From Gammaproteobacteria bacterium (GTDB taxonomy: Bacteria; Pseudomonadota; Gammaproteobacteria; Thiohalobacterales; Thiohalobacteraceae), in assembly GCA_002699185.1 (NCBI GenBank), contig PABG01000083.1, positions 696 through 64,695 on the forward strand: a stretch of DNA of 64,000 bases, read 5' to 3'. The notes beneath the pieces are model-generated. The model was not told the origin of the DNA and did no database searches. It worked only from the letters and a program-made list of their open reading frames with translations. Shown piece after piece: positions 19,273 to 28,367 of this stretch. Within the stretch, counting starts at the first letter, position 1. Each line of letters starts with the position of its first letter. Position numbers and translations under genes: made by a program.

Positions 19273-20724
19273 ATGACGTTGATGTTGCGAAATCTGTTTG
19301 GCCTGCCCCTGCTGGCCCTCACCACCGCGCTCTCCCCTGCCCTGGCGGACGATCCCCTGCAGCTGCCCGAGATCGGCGATCCGGCCAGCCAGGTGGTCAG
19401 CCCGCAGAAGGAGCAGGAACTGGGCGAGGCCTTCTATCGGCGACTGCGTCAGACGGTCCAGTTCGTCGACGACCCCGAGATCGTCAATTATCTGCGCAGC
19501 CTGGGCAACCGCCTGGCCGCACACAGCAGCGAGCCGGGCCGGGATTTCACCTTTTTCATCGTCCGGGAAAGCTCCATCAACGCCTTCGCCGCGCCCGGCG
19601 GCTATATCGGCGCCCACAGCGGCCTGATCCTGGCCGCCCAGAGCGAGAGCGAACTGGCCGCGGTCATGGCCCACGAAATCGCTCACGTCACCCAGCGCCA
19701 TCTCGCCCGTGCCTATGACAGCGCCAGCCGCATGAACCTGCCCACGGCGGCCGCCATCCTGGCCTCCATCCTGATCGCCACCCAGAACAGCGAGGCCGGC
19801 CAGGCCGCGCTGATGAGCGTGCAGGCCGGCAGTATCCAGCAGCAGATCAACTTCACCCGCGGCAACGAGAAGGAAGCCGACCGCATCGGCATGCAGACCC
19901 TGCGCGATGCCGACTTCGACCCTGCCGGCATGCCCGGTTTCTTCGACCGGCTGCAGCAGCAGAGCCGCTACTACGGCACACCGCCGCCGTTTCTCAGCAC
20001 CCATCCCGTCACCAGCGACCGCATCGCCGACGCCATGGCCCGCATCGACCAGATGGAGAGCAGCGCGGTGGAGGAGTCTCTCAACTTCCACCTCATCCGC
20101 GCCAAGCTGCGGGCGGCGATGCTGGAGCCGGGCGAGGCGGTCGGTTACTTCAGCGACATCGGCAGCGACCGCCTCCCGCCGGCCGCCCGTGATTACGGCC
20201 TGGCCCAGGCCTACATCCTGTCCGGCCAGGCGGACAAGGCGATACCGCTGCTGCGCAGTCTGCACGAGGCCGATCCCGACCGCATCGCCTACCGGATTGC
20301 GCTGGCGCAGGCCCACAGCCGCGAAGGCCAGACCCGTCGCGCGCTCGACACCTACCAGGCCGCCATCGCCCTGTATCCGGGCAACCCTGTCATCAGTCAT
20401 TACTATGCCGAGGCGCTGGTGCATGCCGGGGAGCACCAGCCGGCCTACGACCTGCTCAGCCGGCAGGTGCGTCAACACCCGGACGCCACCGACCCCGAGC
20501 TGTACCGACTGCTGGCCAAGGCCGCCAGCGGCCTCGACCGCCCGGCCGAGGCCTACGAGGCCATGGGCGAATACTATTACCGCAACGGCCAGACCCACGC
20601 CGCCATCGAGCAGTACGAACTGGCCCTGCAGCAGCAGCCGCAGGACTTCTACTCCAGTTCGCGGCTCGAGGCCCGGCTGGCCCGGCTCAAGCGCGAGGCG
20701 CTCGCCGAGCGGGAACGGGAGTGA
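19273..20724 (+). CDS. bepA: BepA/YfgC M48 metalloprotease with TPR repeats
   Basis: INAFAAPGG, HEIAH, EKEADRIG, LSTHP, C-terminal TPRs; start 19273 or 19282. Confidence 0.9.
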   Translation: MTLMLRNLFGLPLLALTTALSPALADDPLQLPEIGDPASQVVSPQKEQELGEAFYRRLRQTVQFVDDPEIVNYLRSLGNRLAAHSSEPGRDFTFFIVRESSINAFAAPGGYIGAHSGLILAAQSESELAAVMAHEIAHVTQRHLARAYDSASRMNLPTAAAILASILIATQNSEAGQAALMSVQAGSIQQQINFTRGNEKEADRIGMQTLRDADFDPAGMPGFFDRLQQQSRYYGTPPPFLSTHPVTSDRIADAMARIDQMESSAVEESLNFHLIRAKLRAAMLEPGEAVGYFSDIGSDRLPPAARDYGLAQAYILSGQADKAIPLLRSLHEADPDRIAYRIALAQAHSREGQTRRALDTYQAAIALYPGNPVISHYYAEALVHAGEHQPAYDLLSRQVRQHPDATDPELYRLLAKAASGLDRPAEAYEAMGEYYYRNGQTHAAIEQYELALQQQPQDFYSSSRLEARLARLKREALAERERE

Positions 20725-20961
20725 CCCTGTCACGTTCAGGCCGCATTCAGCCGCCAGCAGCCAGAATCGGATTCACGGGACGGAAGGTGTGGAATATTTC
20801 TCTGCGCCGCCTCGTCCTAAGGGGTACGCAGGCGAACGCATACGCGAGTCAAGACCGGGACCGCCAGTGATGAAACAGGTTGTTTCATACCGCGACACGA
20901 GACTGCAGGAGGATGGTCCGTGTCAGGCGACATCCGATTGACGCGATTGACGACAACGGCT

Positions 20962-20990
20962 TTGACTCTGTATTTTCATGAGTCTATATT
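20962..20990 (+). promoter_or_regulatory. Putative sigma-70 promoter of the sox operon
   Basis: TTGACT-N17-TATATT with GACTC-N11-GAGTC dyad across the spacer. Confidence 0.55.
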
Positions 20991-21096
20991 CGATTGCCGG
21001 AGCATCGCATCAACCCCATCCAGGGGCTTGGTTATGCTGGCGCCCTGACGTTACATGACATCAACACACAACACCCACACCACTGAGGAGGCACAG

Positions 21097-21471
21097 ATGC
21101 GGCAAGGCAAAAGCATCATAACGTCCGCCGCTTCCGTTGCGATCTTGCTCGGAAGTATGTCACTGGCACCGATCGGAAGCGCATCCGCCGAGGAGGCTTC
21201 TGTCATCGAACAAGGCAAGCAGATTGCCTTTGACCGCAAGAAGGGCAATTGTCTTGCCTGCCACCAGATCGAAGGCGGCGATCTCGCCGGCAACATCGGC
21301 CCGCCCCTGATCGCCATGAAGGCGCGGTTCCCCGACAAGTCCAAGCTGCGCGCCCAGATCTGGGATTCCACCAAGATGAACCCCAACTCGATGATGCCTC
21401 CCTTCGGACGCCATGACATCCTGTCCGAGGACGAGATCGACAAGGTGGTTGAATTCATCTACACGCTTTAA
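21097..21471 (+). CDS. soxX: SoxX monoheme cytochrome c
   Basis: KGNCLACH, GNIGPPL, SMMPPFG; GAGGAGG RBS before MRQGK. Confidence 0.95.
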   Translation: MRQGKSIITSAASVAILLGSMSLAPIGSASAEEASVIEQGKQIAFDRKKGNCLACHQIEGGDLAGNIGPPLIAMKARFPDKSKLRAQIWDSTKMNPNSMMPPFGRHDILSEDEIDKVVEFIYTL

Positions 21472-21500
21472 CAGGATACAGTCCAGTTAGGAGAAACGTC

Positions 21501-21974
21501 GTGACGAACATGAAACGCAGAACCCTACTCAAAGGCTCATTGGCAGCAGGCGCCGTGGGCATTGCCGTCGGCAGCGGACTGCTCGCACCGCGCACAGTCC
21601 TGGCCGCCTGGCCCAAGGATGCCTTCAAGGCCACCTCAGTGGATGAAGCCCTCAACTCGCTGGTTGGCCAGAGCCAGCTCGAAGGCAGCGACAAGATCGA
21701 GATCAAGGCTCCCGACATCGCCGAGAACGGCGCCGTGGTGCCGGTCTCCGTCGAGACCACCATTGACGGGGTCGAGAGCATCAGCATCATCGCTGAGAAG
21801 AACAACACTCCGCTGACCTCCGCCTATATCCTGAGCCCGCGCGCGGAAGGCTTCGTGGCCACCCGCATCAAGATGAGCGAGACCTCCAGCGTCATCGCCG
21901 TGGTCAAGGCCGGCGGCACGCTCCACAGCACCGGCAAGGAAGTCAAGGTCACCATCGGCGGCTGCGGCGGCTGA
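21501..21974 (+). CDS. soxY: Sulfur carrier SoxY
   Basis: Tat signal KRRTLLK, APDIAENGAVVP, C-terminal VKVTIGGCGG. Confidence 0.97.
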   Translation: MTNMKRRTLLKGSLAAGAVGIAVGSGLLAPRTVLAAWPKDAFKATSVDEALNSLVGQSQLEGSDKIEIKAPDIAENGAVVPVSVETTIDGVESISIIAEKNNTPLTSAYILSPRAEGFVATRIKMSETSSVIAVVKAGGTLHSTGKEVKVTIGGCGG

Positions 21975-22023
21975 TCAGCGACCCTACTCAGCGGATATTT
22001 CTTACGAAACGAGGTTTAGTACA

Positions 22024-22338
22024 ATGGCAAACACGATCAAGATTCGCGCCAGGCTTTCCGGCGACACCACGACGGTGAAGGCCCTGATCAGCCACATCAT
22101 GGAAACCGGCCTGCGCAAGAACAGCAAGACGGGCGAGACGATCCCGGCGCACTTCATTCAGGAAGTCGTCTGCGAGCACAAGGGCGAAACCGTCATGACC
22201 GCGCAGTGGGGCCCCGCCATTTCCAAGAACCCTTACCTCTCCTTCCGGTTCAAGGGCGCCGAGAAAGGCGACACCCTGACCCTGCGCTGGGTCGACAACA
22301 AGGGTGAGAGCGACTCCATCGAAACCAAAATCGCATAA
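22024..22338 (+). CDS. soxZ: SoxZ
   Basis: HIMETGLRK, PAHFIQ, SKNPYLSF, WVDNKG. Confidence 0.96.
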   Translation: MANTIKIRARLSGDTTTVKALISHIMETGLRKNSKTGETIPAHFIQEVVCEHKGETVMTAQWGPAISKNPYLSFRFKGAEKGDTLTLRWVDNKGESDSIETKIA

Positions 22339-22397
22339 TGATGACGGGACCGCACTGCCGGTGCGGTCCCGGCTGATAACCGAAGGAGGCAGCATCA

Positions 22398-23234
22398 ATG
22401 AGAAAAATCCTAGCAGCGGTTGCCGCAGCAGGCATGGTGGCGATGGCCCCCCAACCGGCCAGCGCCACTCCGCAGGAAGACCTGAAGGAATTCCGGGCCT
22501 ATTTTGAGAAGCGGTTCCCCGACGTCCCCATGAATGATTACATCAACGGCGTCTACGCCATCGATGAGGCATCGCGGGAACAGTGGGAGGCCATCGAGGA
22601 CTTCCCGCCCTACGAGATCGACATCTCCGCGGGCAAGGAGATGTTCAACACCCCGTTCAAGAACGGCAAGACCTACGCCAGCTGTTTCGAGAACGACGGC
22701 AAGGGTATCCGTCAGAACTATCCCTACTTCGACACCAAGACCGGTGAAGTCGTCACCCTGGAAAGCGCCATCAACGCCTGCCGGGTGAAGAACGGCGAGG
22801 AGCCGCTGGGCTGGAAGAAAGGCAAGATCGCCCAGATCTCCGCCTACATGGCCTATACCTCCCGCGGCAATAAGATCGACATCGAGATCCCCGATGACGA
22901 GCGTGCCCTGGAGGCCTACGAGCGCGGCAAGGCGCATTTCTACGCCAAGCGTGGCCAGCTCAACATGGCCTGCGCCGACTGCCACGTATACAACTCCGGC
23001 AGGAACGTTCGCGCCGATCTGCTGAGCCCGGCCCTGGGCCATGTAACCCACTTCCCGGTGTACCGCTCCAAGTGGGGCGAGCTCGGTACCCTGCACCGTC
23101 GCTACGGCGGCTGCAACAAGCAGGTCCGCGCCAAGCCGTTCCCGGCACAGAGCGACGAGTACAAGGCCCTGGAGTACTTCCACACCTACATGAGCAATGG
23201 TCTGGAAATCAATGGTCCCGGTGCCCGCAAGTAA
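22398..23234 (+). CDS. soxA: SoxA (monoheme type)
   Basis: Single CADCH, RGQLN motif, catalytic Cys in RRYGGCNKQVRA. Confidence 0.95.
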   Translation: MRKILAAVAAAGMVAMAPQPASATPQEDLKEFRAYFEKRFPDVPMNDYINGVYAIDEASREQWEAIEDFPPYEIDISAGKEMFNTPFKNGKTYASCFENDGKGIRQNYPYFDTKTGEVVTLESAINACRVKNGEEPLGWKKGKIAQISAYMAYTSRGNKIDIEIPDDERALEAYERGKAHFYAKRGQLNMACADCHVYNSGRNVRADLLSPALGHVTHFPVYRSKWGELGTLHRRYGGCNKQVRAKPFPAQSDEYKALEYFHTYMSNGLEINGPGARK

Positions 23235-23257
23235 GCTGATAACCTGATCAGCCAATC

Positions 23258-23293
23258 AACCCGGTTTGGTTCGCCAAACCGGGTTTTTTGTTT
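23258..23293 (+). terminator. Intrinsic terminator between soxA and soxB
   Basis: aacccggtttgg-ttcg-ccaaaccgggtt followed by a T tract. Confidence 0.85.
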
Positions 23294-23440
23294 AGAATTG
23301 AACCATTCTGATGGAATAACCCGTCGGCCGGGCACGTCCACTCTGGAACGCCCCCTGTAGCAGTAGAAACGGCGGGCTGCGACACCGTACCTGCCTCGCG
23401 CCGGTCCACCCTTTTCCACCTTGTACACTGGAGGTTATCG

Positions 23441-25204
23441 ATGAGTCTGTCACGCCGCGAATTCCTGCAGATGCTCGCCATCGCCGGCATGTCGGGAATC
23501 CATCTGTCCGGCTGCGAATCCGGATCGTCCACCCAGAAGCAGCCCGGGGGCGTGAAACCGAACGCGGCATCCAGCGACCTGTACGACATCCCCGCCTTCG
23601 GCAATGTCTCCGTGATGCACTACACGGACTGCCATGCCCAGCTCATGCCGGTCTATTTCCGCGAACCCAGCATCAACCTGGGTGTGGCCGACATGCACGG
23701 ACGCCCTCCGCACCTGGTCGGCGAGAAATTCCTCGAGTATTACGGCATCAAGCCAGGCAGCCGCGAGGCCCACGCCTTCACCTATCTGAATTTCGAGGAA
23801 GCCGCCCGCACCTTCGGCAAGGTCGGCGGCTTCGCGCACCTGTCCACCCTGGTCAAGCGCATCCGCGCCCAACGCCCGGGCTCGCTGCTGCTCGACGGCG
23901 GCGACACCTGGCAGGGTTCGGCCACCTCGCTGTGGACCAACGCCCAGGACATGGTCGACGCCCAGCTGCTGCTCGGCGTGGACATCATGACCCCGCACTG
24001 GGAGATGACCTACGGCGCCGAGCGCGTCCTGGAGATCATCGAGAACGACTTCCAGGGCAGGATCGAGTTCCTGGCCCAGAACGTGGTGGACAACGACTGG
24101 GGCGACCCCATCTTCAAGCCCTACGTGATCCGCGAGATCAACGGCGTGCCGACCGCCATCATCGGCCAGGCCTTCCCCTACACCCCGATCGCCAATCCGG
24201 GCTACATGATCCCCGACTGGAGCTTCGGCATCCGCGACGAGCGTATGCAGCAGATGGTCGACCAGGCCCGCGGCGAGGGCGCTCAGGTGGTGATCGTGCT
24301 GTCGCACAACGGCGCCGACGTCGATATCAAGATGGCCTCGCAGGTGCGCGGCATCGACGCCATCATGGGCGGCCACACCCACGACGCCATGCCGCAACCG
24401 CTGGTGGTCAGCAACAGCGGCGGCAAGACCCTGGTCACCAACGCCGGTTCCAACAGCAAGTTCCTCGGCGTGCTGGACCTGGATGTGAAGAACGGCAAGG
24501 TGCGCGACTTCAAATACCATCTGCTGCCGGTCTTCTCCAACCTGCTGGAGGCCGACGCCGAGATGAGCGCCCATATCGAAGCGGTACGCGCGCCCTACAA
24601 GGACAAGCTGGCAGAGGAACTGGCCGTCACCGATACCACCCTGTACCGGCGCGGCAACTTCAACGGCACCTTCGACCAGCTGATCTGCGACGCCATGATT
24701 GAGGAGATGGGTGCGGAGATCGCCTTCTCGCCCGGCTTCCGCTGGGGCACCAGCCTGCTGCCCGGCCAGCCCATCACCTTCGAGGATCTGATGACGCAGA
24801 CCGCGCTGACCTACCCGTCCACCACGCTCAACAACATGACCGGCGAGCGGATCAAGGTCATTCTGGAGGACGTGGCCGACAACATCTTCAACAAGGATCC
24901 CTACTACCAGCAGGGCGGCGACATGGTCCGCGTGGGCGGCTTGAAATACAGCATCGATCCCACCGCCACCATCGGCAACCGTATCTCCGACATGGAGCTC
25001 AACGGCAAGCCGATCGATCCCAACAAGGAGTATGCGGTGGCCGGCTGGGCCAATGTCAACGAGCCGCTCGACACCCGTCCGATCTGGGATGTGGTCGCCA
25101 GTTATCTGCGCAACCAGAAGACGGTCAGTATCACCGAACTGAATACGCCCAAGCTGAAGAACGTGGCCGGCAATCCCGGTCTGGCGAAGACCTTCCAGCA
25201 GTAG
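23441..25204 (+). CDS. soxB: Thiosulfohydrolase SoxB
   Basis: Tat signal SRREFL, HYTDCHAQL, DGGDTWQGS, GGHTHD, QQGGDMVR. Confidence 0.97.
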   Translation: MSLSRREFLQMLAIAGMSGIHLSGCESGSSTQKQPGGVKPNAASSDLYDIPAFGNVSVMHYTDCHAQLMPVYFREPSINLGVADMHGRPPHLVGEKFLEYYGIKPGSREAHAFTYLNFEEAARTFGKVGGFAHLSTLVKRIRAQRPGSLLLDGGDTWQGSATSLWTNAQDMVDAQLLLGVDIMTPHWEMTYGAERVLEIIENDFQGRIEFLAQNVVDNDWGDPIFKPYVIREINGVPTAIIGQAFPYTPIANPGYMIPDWSFGIRDERMQQMVDQARGEGAQVVIVLSHNGADVDIKMASQVRGIDAIMGGHTHDAMPQPLVVSNSGGKTLVTNAGSNSKFLGVLDLDVKNGKVRDFKYHLLPVFSNLLEADAEMSAHIEAVRAPYKDKLAEELAVTDTTLYRRGNFNGTFDQLICDAMIEEMGAEIAFSPGFRWGTSLLPGQPITFEDLMTQTALTYPSTTLNNMTGERIKVILEDVADNIFNKDPYYQQGGDMVRVGGLKYSIDPTATIGNRISDMELNGKPIDPNKEYAVAGWANVNEPLDTRPIWDVVASYLRNQKTVSITELNTPKLKNVAGNPGLAKTFQQ

Positions 25205-25233
25205 GTCCGGGGAAAATCCCCCGCACACTGCAG

Positions 25234-25263
25234 ACGGCCGCATCCGCGGCCGTTTTTTTGTTT
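25234..25263 (+). terminator. Intrinsic terminator after soxB
   Basis: acggccgc-atcc-gcggccgt followed by a T tract. Confidence 0.85.
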
Positions 25264-25271
25264 ATAAGAGC

Positions 25272-25505
25272 GCCACGGAATACACGGAAAGCACGGACAA
25301 CACAATACTCAAGAGCGGCCGGACCGGCATATGGCCGAATGGAGCCTTGCCAGCGCGACGTTGAAGACAGAACAGCAGCCCGTAGGTCGGGTTAGCAAAG
25401 CGTAACCCCACAGATACCACGGAGCGTCGGGTTACGCCCTGTGGGCTAACCCGACCTACACAGGCTGTCATATCATTTTTCCGTACATTCCGTGTTTTCC
25501 GTGGC
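25272..25505. repeat. Palindromic element with GCCACGGAA..CACGGAA arms enclosing a GTAG REP doublet
   Basis: gccacggaatacacggaaagcacgga versus tccgtacattccgtgttttccgtggc. Confidence 0.7.
25382..25459. repeat. GTAG-family REP doublet (GTAGGTCGGGTTAGC type)
   Basis: gtaggtcgggttagc...gctaacccgacctac; copies at 50690 and 61743. Confidence 0.88.
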
Positions 25506-25589
25506 ACTCCTGCTTCTATATATCCCCGCATGCAAAGCGGATTTTCAGCTGCTATTCTCAAAATCAGACACCGACACAGGAGATACGGG

Positions 25590-26687
25590 ATGCCACGAAT
25601 CCGCGCATGGTCACCGCTGTTGCTGGCACTGTCGCTCGGGAGTGCACCCGCCATCGGCGCAGCGGAAGAACTCGACGGCAGCCTGCAGAACCCCGGTTTT
25701 GCCGAACGTCATCCCGACAACCGGCTGCCGTCCACCGCCATCGATACCGCCACCCTGCCCAACATTGTCATCCAGACCGAAACGCCGGATACCGCACCCC
25801 TGCCCTACTACCGGCTCGCCCCTGATACCTATTTCCTCTACGGCAATATCGCTCAGGTCAACGAGCGCAACCGCGGCTTCAACGGCAATGCCGGCTTCGT
25901 GGTCACCGACGAAGGGGTAGTGGTCATCGACAGCCTGGGCACGCCCGAACTCGGCCGCCGCCTGATCGCCACCATCCGCAGCGTCACCGACCGGCCGATC
26001 CGCTATCTCATCCTGACCCACAGCCATCCGGACCATGCCTACGGCGCCGCCGCCTTCCGCGAACTCGCAGATGAAGTCACTGTCATCGGACATCCCGGCA
26101 TCCTTGAATACCTCGGCACCCCGGTGCTGCAGGAATCGGCCGACTATCGCCGCGACATCCTGGGCGCGGACATGCGCGGCTTCGAGGGCGTTGCGCCCGA
26201 TGTACTCATCGACCGACCCCGACTGGGCACGCCGTATTCACTCGAACTGGGAGACAAACGCTTCGATATCTACAATGCCGGCAAACACCACTCCTACGGA
26301 GACCTGGTGGTGCACCAGAGCGCAGAGGACATTCTCTGGATCTCGGATCTGGCCTTCAACCAGCGCACCACTTTCATGGGCGACGGCGACAGCATGCAGG
26401 CCATCGAGGGACAGGACTGGCTGCTGGAGAATTTCGCCGAGGCCAGCCTGATGGTCCCGGGCCATGGCAGTGCCCAGACCGCCCCCTTCCCCATGGTCGA
26501 AAAGACCCGCGCTTACATCCAGCGCCTGCGCGACGACATGGCGGCCGCCATCGACAACGGCCTCACCCTCAGCGAGGCCCTGGAACAGTCGCATTTCCCG
26601 GACTGGGCGGATGTGCCCCTGTACGAGGAGAACCACAGACGCAACGCCAATTTCGTCTATCTGGAAATGGAAATGGCTTTATTCTGA
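25590..26687 (+). CDS. SoxH-like exported metallo-beta-lactamase-fold protein
   Basis: Signal peptide, NRGFNGNAGFVV, THSHPDH, VPGHG; follows soxB; AGGAG RBS. Confidence 0.82.
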   Translation: MPRIRAWSPLLLALSLGSAPAIGAAEELDGSLQNPGFAERHPDNRLPSTAIDTATLPNIVIQTETPDTAPLPYYRLAPDTYFLYGNIAQVNERNRGFNGNAGFVVTDEGVVVIDSLGTPELGRRLIATIRSVTDRPIRYLILTHSHPDHAYGAAAFRELADEVTVIGHPGILEYLGTPVLQESADYRRDILGADMRGFEGVAPDVLIDRPRLGTPYSLELGDKRFDIYNAGKHHSYGDLVVHQSAEDILWISDLAFNQRTTFMGDGDSMQAIEGQDWLLENFAEASLMVPGHGSAQTAPFPMVEKTRAYIQRLRDDMAAAIDNGLTLSEALEQSHFPDWADVPLYEENHRRNANFVYLEMEMALF

Positions 26688-26840
26688 GTCTGATGAATCC
26701 GGGAGGAGGTTGTGAATACCTGCTCAACCACCGGGGCTTGATCGCCTTCGACAACAACTGCCTGTCCCCGCCACCGGTGTCACAAGCCGGGGCATGCACT
26801 GAAATCAACCGCAGCCGGTGAGCCAGCGAGGAATATATCC

Positions 26841-26954
26841 ATGAACAGAATCTTCGATCCCGTGCTGTGGCGGATCACCCTGTTCCTGGCATGGCTTCTG
26901 GCGGGACACCTGTTCGGTCACCGGGTATGCGGGTGCGGCTTCCCGGCGTCATAG
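26841..26954 (+). CDS. Possible 37-aa membrane peptide
   Basis: GAGGA RBS; MNRIFDPVLWRITLFLAWLLAGHLFGHRVCGCGFPAS; not in the ORF track. Confidence 0.35.
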   Translation: MNRIFDPVLWRITLFLAWLLAGHLFGHRVCGCGFPAS

Positions 26955-27022
26955 CACTGTACTGTCCACTGCTGCAGAAAGCGGGCCGCCGGCCCGCTTC
27001 TGATGTCTGAACCTTCACCGGC

Positions 27023-27490
27023 TCACTGCAGCGCACGCAGCATCCAGGCCGTCTTCTCGTGCACCCGCATGCGGTCGGAGACCAGCGCCGCCGTGGACTC
27101 GTCATCGGCCTCCTGGGCGACCTTGAGCACCTCGCGGCAGGTCTTGACCACCTGCTCGTGGCCCTGGGTCAGGATCTCGACCATCTTCTTCGCCTCGGGC
27201 ACGCCCTCGACCTCCTTGATTGAGCTCAGCTTGGCGAAGGCCTTGTAGGTCCCGGGCGCGGCCACATCGAGCGTGCGGATACGCTCTGCGATCTCGTCCA
27301 CCGCCGTGGCCAGTTCGGTGTAATGCTCCTCGAACATCAGATGCAGTTCGCGGAACTGGGGACCGGTCACGTTCCAGTGGAAGTTGTGGGTCTGCAGATA
27401 GAGGGTGTAGGAGTCGGCCAGCAGGCGCTTCAGGCCCTCCGCGATCCGGCTGCGGTCCTTTTCCTTGATACCGATATCGATCTTGCTCAT
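27023..27490 (-). CDS. dps: Dps mini-ferritin
   Basis: [31 protein letters not shown]; AGGAGG RBS. Confidence 0.95.
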   Translation of the reverse strand: MSKIDIGIKEKDRSRIAEGLKRLLADSYTLYLQTHNFHWNVTGPQFRELHLMFEEHYTELATAVDEIAERIRTLDVAAPGTYKAFAKLSSIKEVEGVPEAKKMVEILTQGHEQVVKTCREVLKVAQEADDESTAALVSDRMRVHEKTAWMLRALQ

Positions 27491-27527
27491 TTCATTACCT
27501 CCTGTTGTCAGTGATTGGAATCCAGCA

Positions 27528-28271
27528 TTATGCGGACCTGGCTGCACCCGGATCGCAACCCAGATAGCGCCAGTCCAGTGGACGCCCGTCGGGCGTGAAG
27601 CGATAGAGGATGGGTGTGGCGGTCGGAATCTCGAACTGCTCCACCTCCTCCACACTCATGCCCGCCAGTTCCATGATCAACGCGCGCAGGGTGTTGCCAT
27701 GGGCGCTGATCAGGATGCGCTCGCCGCGACGGATGCGCGGGATGACCTGCTCCCGCCAGAAGCCGGCCACGCGCTCGCGGGTCTGCGCCAGGCTCTCCAC
27801 ACCCGGCAGCCGCTGCGGGTCCACATCCGCATACAACGGATCACTGGCCGGGTGCGCCGGGTCGCTGCGCAGCAGGGGCGCGGCAGTGTCCGTGTAGCCC
27901 CGGCGCCAGCGCCAGACCTGGTGCTCGCCGACCCGGGCAGTGGCTTGCGCCTTGTCGAGCCCCTGCAGCGCACCATAGTGGCGTTCATTGAGGCGCCAGT
28001 CCTGCATCCGCGGCAGGCTGTCCTGTCCCAGTCGCGCCAGGAGGATATCCAGGGTGGCGATCGCCCGTTCCAGGCGGGAACTGTAAGCGGCATCGAAACG
28101 ATAGCCGTGGATGCGCAGCCAGTCACCGGCGCGCTCGGCCTCGGCCACTCCGGCCGCGGTCAGGGGCGGATTGGCCCAGCCGGTGAAGCGGTTCTCCCGG
28201 TTCCACTGGCTCTGGGCATGGCGGATCAGGATCACGCTCCTGTCCTGGTCATGTATCGTCTGCCTTGTCAT
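27528..28271 (-). CDS. gpmA: 2,3-BPG-dependent phosphoglycerate mutase
   Basis: [39 protein letters not shown]. Confidence 0.9.
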   Translation of the reverse strand: MTRQTIHDQDRSVILIRHAQSQWNRENRFTGWANPPLTAAGVAEAERAGDWLRIHGYRFDAAYSSRLERAIATLDILLARLGQDSLPRMQDWRLNERHYGALQGLDKAQATARVGEHQVWRWRRGYTDTAAPLLRSDPAHPASDPLYADVDPQRLPGVESLAQTRERVAGFWREQVIPRIRRGERILISAHGNTLRALIMELAGMSVEEVEQFEIPTATPILYRFTPDGRPLDWRYLGCDPGAARSA

Positions 28272-28281
28272 GGTGGAAAGG

Positions 28282-28344
28282 ATAGTCCTGTACTATTGAT
28301 CTGTATAATCGTTTGTTTAAAATATATTGATCGTTACAGACGAT
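28282..28344. promoter_or_regulatory. OxyR/LysR-type binding sites in the divergent gpmA-oxyR promoter
   Basis: ATAG-N7-CTAT at 28282-28296 and ATCG-N7-CGAT at 28330-28344 in an AT-rich gap. Confidence 0.65.
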
Positions 28345-28367
28345 CGAATCTGCCAGGCAAGCCGCCC

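Noticed and set aside
23235-23440. Possible soxK between soxA and soxB
   Set aside because: The 206-nt gap holds a terminator and no plausible plus-strand ORF with a signal peptide.
26701-26741. Strong GGAGGAGG followed by GTG
   Set aside because: The frame closes after 9 codons with no supporting features.
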